Shown here piece by piece: positions 59,654 through 64,000 of a stretch of DNA of 64,000 nt (the first letter of the stretch is position 1; each line of letters begins with the position of its first letter). A program made the position numbers and the translations under genes. Below the pieces are notes generated by a model that had not been told where the DNA came from, searched no databases, and worked only from the letters and a program-made list of their open reading frames with translations. Source of the stretch: an uncultured delta proteobacterium. Lineage in GTDB: Bacteria > Desulfobacterota > Binatia > Binatales > Binataceae. Where the stretch lies: the NCBI GenBank assembly GCA_963724765.1, contig CAVRVY010000004.1:1184001-1248000 (forward strand), read 5' to 3'.

Positions 59654-61176
59654 TCAAACGGCCCGTGATCACGCTCGAGCCGGGGCGTCTACCGTGGAAC
59701 GTCGACGAAACTGAACGATACATCGTCGACAACTATGCCTGCTGGGGGCTCTACCAGCGTGGCGGGATGCTCGTGCGCGAGACTACCCTCTCAACTGAGA
59801 CCGATGAAAGGGAAATCCATCGCCCGGCCGGCGCCAGAATTCTCAGAATGGCGACGCCGGTTATGCTGCAGGACGTCTTCGGGCGCGCGATCCAGTTTGA
59901 GAACGCGAAGGGCAGTCCGATCGACTGCCCTACGAAAGTTGCTGCCACCTATCTTTCGCGCGCGGGACTTTGGCGCTTACCCACTCTGGTTGGAATCACA
60001 GACGCACCGGTCCTGCGCGCCGACGGTACTGTGCTTAGCGAGCCGGGCTACGATCGACAGACTGGATTGTTGCTGCAGTCGGCGACCGCATGGCGTCCGC
60101 TCCCATCGCTCTCGCGCGAGGCCGTTGATGCCGCGGTGCGGTGCCTGCTGGAGCCGTTCGCTGAGTTTCCCTTATCCGATGCCGGCCGGTCGGTAGTCAT
60201 CTCCGCAATCCTGACCGGGTTGCAACGCCGATTGCTGTTCTCGGCGCCCGCTCACGCTTTTGACAAGCCGACCCAGGGTAGCGGTGGGTCATTGTTGGCG
60301 GACTGCGTCGCGATCATCGTAACAGGCCGCTGGGCGACCACCATGTCGGCGAACGCCGACGAAGAAGAGCTTCGCAAAAAACTGGTTTCGGTCCTTATCG
60401 CGGGCGATCCGGTGGTGAGCCTGGATAACATCACTCGACCGCTTCGCAGCGACGCGCTCGCCTCGATTCTGACCCTAGCCGAGTACAAAGACCGCCCCCT
60501 CGGGGTGAGTCAAATAGTCGCAGTTCCCACGAGCGTCCTTTTTTTGCTCACCGGCAACAATTTGGTTTTTGCGGGAGATATGCCTTCTCGCGTTGTTGTC
60601 GCCCGCATCGAGCCGGACGTCGAGCGACCGGAGGAACGGACTTTTAAGATCGGCGATCTTCGCGCCCACCTGACGGAGCATCGTGCGAAATTGATCACGG
60701 CGGCGCTTACGATCCTTCAAGCCTACTTCATCGCCGGACGGCCCGCGCAAAACGTCAAACCGTTCGGTCGATTCGAGCAGTGGTCGAAGGAGATTCGCGA
60801 GGCGATCGTATGGGCCGGCCTACCCGATCCATGCGCAACCCGCGAAGCGGTGATCGCCGCCGATCCCGATCGTGACGCCGCCCTCGCGATTTTTGAGGCC
60901 TGGCACCGGCTTTTCGGCGATAACAAACTCACTATCGCTCGGCTAATCCAATCGACTGGCGCCGACGGCGAACTGAAAGATGCGCTCCTTAACGTCGCTG
61001 CAGACACCGATCATTCGCACGAAGTTAACGCTCGCCGGCTCGCTGCGTGGTGTCGCAATCGCGTTGGTCGCGTGGTCGGCGATTTCAAGCTTTCCCGCTG
61101 CGCCGGCGCGCACGGCGGGTTCATGATGTGGCAAGTGGTTCATAGGTCCGATGAAAAAATAGTCAGGGAGGTTTGA
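59650..61176 (+). CDS. Satellite/phage replication NTPase (primase-associated helicase-like domain)
   Basis: LYQRGG, PGYD..TG, P-loop-like PTQGSGGS, LDNI, TGNN, RFEQW. Confidence 0.65.
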   Translation: MIKRPVITLEPGRLPWNVDETERYIVDNYACWGLYQRGGMLVRETTLSTETDEREIHRPAGARILRMATPVMLQDVFGRAIQFENAKGSPIDCPTKVAATYLSRAGLWRLPTLVGITDAPVLRADGTVLSEPGYDRQTGLLLQSATAWRPLPSLSREAVDAAVRCLLEPFAEFPLSDAGRSVVISAILTGLQRRLLFSAPAHAFDKPTQGSGGSLLADCVAIIVTGRWATTMSANADEEELRKKLVSVLIAGDPVVSLDNITRPLRSDALASILTLAEYKDRPLGVSQIVAVPTSVLFLLTGNNLVFAGDMPSRVVVARIEPDVERPEERTFKIGDLRAHLTEHRAKLITAALTILQAYFIAGRPAQNVKPFGRFEQWSKEIREAIVWAGLPDPCATREAVIAADPDRDAALAIFEAWHRLFGDNKLTIARLIQSTGADGELKDALLNVAADTDHSHEVNARRLAAWCRNRVGRVVGDFKLSRCAGAHGGFMMWQVVHRSDEKIVREV

Positions 61177-61181
61177 GAAAA

Positions 61182-61640
61182 ATGGATATGGCAGAACTGC
61201 AGATGATCGAGGCCGAGGAGGCTGTCGCTTTCTCGCTCAAGGGCAACGGCAAAATCGCGGTCAAAGGCAAGAACGCCGCGGTAGATCGCGCGCTCGAGCG
61301 CATCGCGGGCCATCGCGACGAGGTCGCGGTGCTCTTGCGCGAGCGAGGAACCGTTGAGGAGGAGGACGTGGTGCGCGAGATCGCGAGCACCGTCCCGAGC
61401 CTGGCGGTGCAACGCCAGAACTATATCGCATGGTTTTCGGCGCGGAGCACCTATTACCATCCAAGCGCGGCGCAACTCGACGCAATGTTTGCGGCCTGCA
61501 ATGAAGGCGACGAGATAATTTTTGATTTTGCGCTCAGCTTCACAGTGCGAAAGCCCGATGGCCGGCTGCTTCAGATAGATCGCCGTGGACGCGTGGTCCC
61601 GCCGTCGCCGTACAGCCCAGCCGTCGCAGATAAGAGGTGA
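61182..61640 (+). CDS. Hypothetical protein with a TubC-N-like N-terminus
   Basis: G.I.V.G......L..I..HRDE...LL pattern; follows Rep. Confidence 0.55.
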   Translation: MDMAELQMIEAEEAVAFSLKGNGKIAVKGKNAAVDRALERIAGHRDEVAVLLRERGTVEEEDVVREIASTVPSLAVQRQNYIAWFSARSTYYHPSAAQLDAMFAACNEGDEIIFDFALSFTVRKPDGRLLQIDRRGRVVPPSPYSPAVADKR

Positions 61641-61646
61641 CGAGCA

Positions 61647-62228
61647 ATGGCCGCTGCAAATAGTGCGGAAGCGCAGTCGCGCGAATGGGATGGCACAACC
61701 TGCATCACGTGCGGTAACCGGCTGGCGCGCGACACCGTGTGGTGCGAGGATCACGGGCCCTTCGCAGCCGAGCACCGAGCGGAAAAAGCCGAACGCGCTC
61801 GCCGACCGCAGGGCCTTGCACAGTGGATCGACAACCCAGCGGTTCGGAACAATCTCCGACGCGCAATCCTTCGCCTCGACGAAGCACGGGCTTTCGAACA
61901 TCGACCGCGCTTCACAGAAGAAGAGGCGCGCGCGATCCTGCTCGATCTCTGCCGCGGGCTGCTCACTCTGAGGGAGACGATCACGAGCGTGCCGCGGCAT
62001 TCGACAGAGCGGCGTAATCTCCTAGCTCTGCTCCATAAGATGATCGCGCAAGAGGCGGCGTGGTTCGCGAATGGCTATCCGTACAAGACCGCCCGCGGAG
62101 AAGAGCTCGACGAGATCATGCGCTTCGAGATCAGGCGACTGAACCGAGCCTCGGACGGGTTTAGAACAACCGCAATTTTTCCGCCCAGTCCCGTTTCGCG
62201 TGGTACGCCTGAATTGAGATCAACATGA
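61647..62228 (+). CDS. Hypothetical protein with an N-terminal Zn-ribbon-like motif
   Basis: CITC..WCEDH; GAGG RBS, 6-bp gap. Confidence 0.55.
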   Translation: MAAANSAEAQSREWDGTTCITCGNRLARDTVWCEDHGPFAAEHRAEKAERARRPQGLAQWIDNPAVRNNLRRAILRLDEARAFEHRPRFTEEEARAILLDLCRGLLTLRETITSVPRHSTERRNLLALLHKMIAQEAAWFANGYPYKTARGEELDEIMRFEIRRLNRASDGFRTTAIFPPSPVSRGTPELRST

Positions 62229-62275
62229 AACTATCGATTACTCATGCTCGCGGAAATTTCTGAGGCAGGACGAAA

Positions 62276-62908
62276 ATGGACTTCGCAATTTTCGACGACA
62301 CTCTCGATTCCATCGTTTTAGATCCGCGCCAACGGGTTAAAGACCTGGTGCGCGACATCGTCTTGCGCCACACGAAGAACGCACCTGCAGAGTTCGTCGC
62401 CGAACTCGCCGCGCCGCGCCTGCGCGAACTCGGGCATCGGATCAAAGACTTACTCGAGCACGGACACTTGGGCGACATCGATCCGCTAATCCGCGCTTTC
62501 GACCTCGAGTTGACGAAGGAAACCGTTCACGAGCGCACCGCGGAGCACGGCCGCTTGCGACCCATCACCGCCGAATCAGAGATCAAAAAACACGCCGACC
62601 TGTGGGCGCGATATCGTTGGGTCGGGGCGAGTGGGTATGAACAGGCCGCGCTGCTCGTCCTGATCAAAAACGGCGACAGAATCGCAAATGTCGACTATTG
62701 GAAAATCACGATGGCGAGTGGCCAGGTGATCACGCGCGACCAGGTGCGTCAGGTCAACCGCCCTCGACTCACAACTGAGCGTGCGTGGTTGGCGAATTTC
62801 ATCAGCGATGAAACTGTGCGCGCAGCCGAACCGGCCGAACAGCGCGAGGCGGCGCAGCTCGCGCGTCCCTTTCGCGATTTCAGTGGCCCGCGCCCGGTGC
62901 GGGACTAA
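62276..62908 (+). CDS. Hypothetical protein
   Basis: AGGA RBS, co-oriented with neighbours. Confidence 0.55.
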   Translation: MDFAIFDDTLDSIVLDPRQRVKDLVRDIVLRHTKNAPAEFVAELAAPRLRELGHRIKDLLEHGHLGDIDPLIRAFDLELTKETVHERTAEHGRLRPITAESEIKKHADLWARYRWVGASGYEQAALLVLIKNGDRIANVDYWKITMASGQVITRDQVRQVNRPRLTTERAWLANFISDETVRAAEPAEQREAAQLARPFRDFSGPRPVRD

Positions 62909-62974
62909 ACAATGGGGTGCAAGTGCGCGGACTGCGTATACGTCCTAATTTCAGGTCATAGGGAGCAAACCAAA

Positions 62975-63388
62975 ATGCAATTTGCAATTAACTACAGAAC
63001 GCTCGAAAAACTCGGTAACGAATTTGGCGTTTCGTCCTCGGAGTCCGCGGCCGCGATAGGCCGCAGACGCCGCGGCGACTTCATTGTGCACGCAGCCGAT
63101 GATCTTTGCGCGAATCGCGTGCCACCGCGGAATCAGCCGTATCAGGGCGATCCAGATTACGAAGCGGCAAAGCGCGGCCCGGTCGGCAATCCCGATTATG
63201 ATGCGCAAAAGCGTGGAGGCCGGGCGACAACTTTTTCGGATGACGACGCGGACATGAGCAGCGGCGACCATGTGGACGCTGCGCTCAACGCGATCGACTT
63301 CGAAGATCCCGACGCGCTCGAGCGCGCGGCGGAGCATTTGAAAAAGGCCGCGGCGAAGAAGCGCGGCGCGCAGCATCTGCGACGTTAA
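62975..63388 (+). CDS. Hypothetical protein with a 13-aa internal duplication
   Basis: GGGAG RBS; GDPDYEAAKRG / GNPDYDAQKRG. Confidence 0.55.
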   Translation: MQFAINYRTLEKLGNEFGVSSSESAAAIGRRRRGDFIVHAADDLCANRVPPRNQPYQGDPDYEAAKRGPVGNPDYDAQKRGGRATTFSDDDADMSSGDHVDAALNAIDFEDPDALERAAEHLKKAAAKKRGAQHLRR

Positions 63389-63495
63389 GAAATTCCCGGC
63401 CCGGTGGACCTCCTCATCCGCGCGCACGGGGCGCGAGCGGTGTGTTCCTTCATTGCGACGCGCCGGCCGGGCCGGGATACCACATAGAGTATCTG

Positions 63496-63882
63496 ATGTC
63501 AGATAGCGTGCCAATAGCCACACCACATCCTACTCGCGCCACGCGCCGTCGGGACCAAAGAGTAAGGCGAAAGCGTACTGAGTTAGAAAAAGCGCATCCG
63601 CATCTATCGCTTCCGCGGAATCGATCGACTACTCGGCGCTGGGCAGAACTGGTTGTACTGGGAAATCAGATATATGAAAAGCTGACCCAGATCGGCGTGC
63701 TCGACGAGCATGGACAGCCCCGCGCACTGATCGATGTATTCCGCAGAATCGCTCTCGCGCAGGTCCACCTAGAACGGGAATTACTACTAACCGAGAAGAG
63801 CCGGCATGAGATGCCGGACGCGCGCAAGCCAACGCTGGATCTGGAGATACTTCGTGCCCAAGTTGTCGACGAACCGGATTAA
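63496..63882 (+). CDS. Putative terminase small subunit (P27-like)
   Basis: G......P.......Q..L.REL.LT..SR; overlaps the TerL-like start. Confidence 0.55.
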   Translation: MSDSVPIATPHPTRATRRRDQRVRRKRTELEKAHPHLSLPRNRSTTRRWAELVVLGNQIYEKLTQIGVLDEHGQPRALIDVFRRIALAQVHLERELLLTEKSRHEMPDARKPTLDLEILRAQVVDEPD

Positions 63883-64000
63883 AGATTATCAGTCGTTCGC
63901 CGAAATCGCGTTGGCGGCGAATCTAACCGACCACCAGCGGCTTATGCTCCAAGCGGTGGCGCGCTCGCGCAGAGTAGCCGTCGCCGCCTGCCACGCGACA
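63863..64000 (+). CDS. Putative terminase large subunit, N-terminus (3' partial)
   Basis: Manual translation MSTNRIKDYQSFAEIALAANLTDHQRLMLQAVARSRRVAVAACHAT: Q-motif then a strand leading into a Walker A. Confidence 0.6.
   Translation, partial: MSTNRIKDYQSFAEIALAANLTDHQRLMLQAVARSRRVAVAACHAT

Larger units (their letters stand above)
56775..64000. mobile_element. tRNA-Leu-integrated phage satellite (PICI-like) or small prophage, running off the window
   Basis: att fragment, integrase, divergent alpA/HTH/Rep module, terminase-like genes. Confidence 0.85.

Noticed and set aside
63394-63477. HDV-like ribozyme suggested by CCTCCTC
   Set aside because: Could not build the P1/P3 pairings by hand
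1-64000. CRISPR array, rRNA, IS transposase
   Set aside because: No repeat-spacer series, rRNA-like stretch or transposase motifs seen

Overview
High-GC bacterial chromosome window. The gene mix (many luciferase-like monooxygenases including an F420-type one, amidases, UPF0182, yeaG-yeaH-ycgB) resembles soil lineages such as Binatota; this is inference only. 1-33.7 kb is mostly housekeeping and metabolism: MocR tail, DUF3445 N-demethylase-like gene, a possible phosphate-regulated trio with 11-bp-phased boxes, two amidases, PrkA/YeaH/SpoVR plus a class III aminotransferase, a TPP decarboxylase next to a truncated acyl-CoA ligase, UPF0182, a two-component pair and dnaB. 34.7-50.6 kb is catabolic: flavin hydroxylase, N,N-dimethylformamidase small and large subunits, Fe-S protein, extradiol dioxygenase, hydrolase, three LLMs and an acyl-CoA dehydrogenase. 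50.7-56.7 kb is decaying, with an RsbW remnant, a frameshifted Fpg, and FAD-oxidase and cardiolipin-synthase remnants. From 56775 to the window end lies an integrated phage-satellite- or prophage-like element. It is bounded by a 3' fragment of tRNA-Leu(TAA) and carries a tyrosine integrase, a zinc-finger regulator, AlpA, an HTH protein, a Rep-like NTPase with an altered Walker A, unknown ORFs, TerS and the start of TerL. No CRISPR array or rRNA was seen. All family calls come from motif recognition by eye, not database searches.
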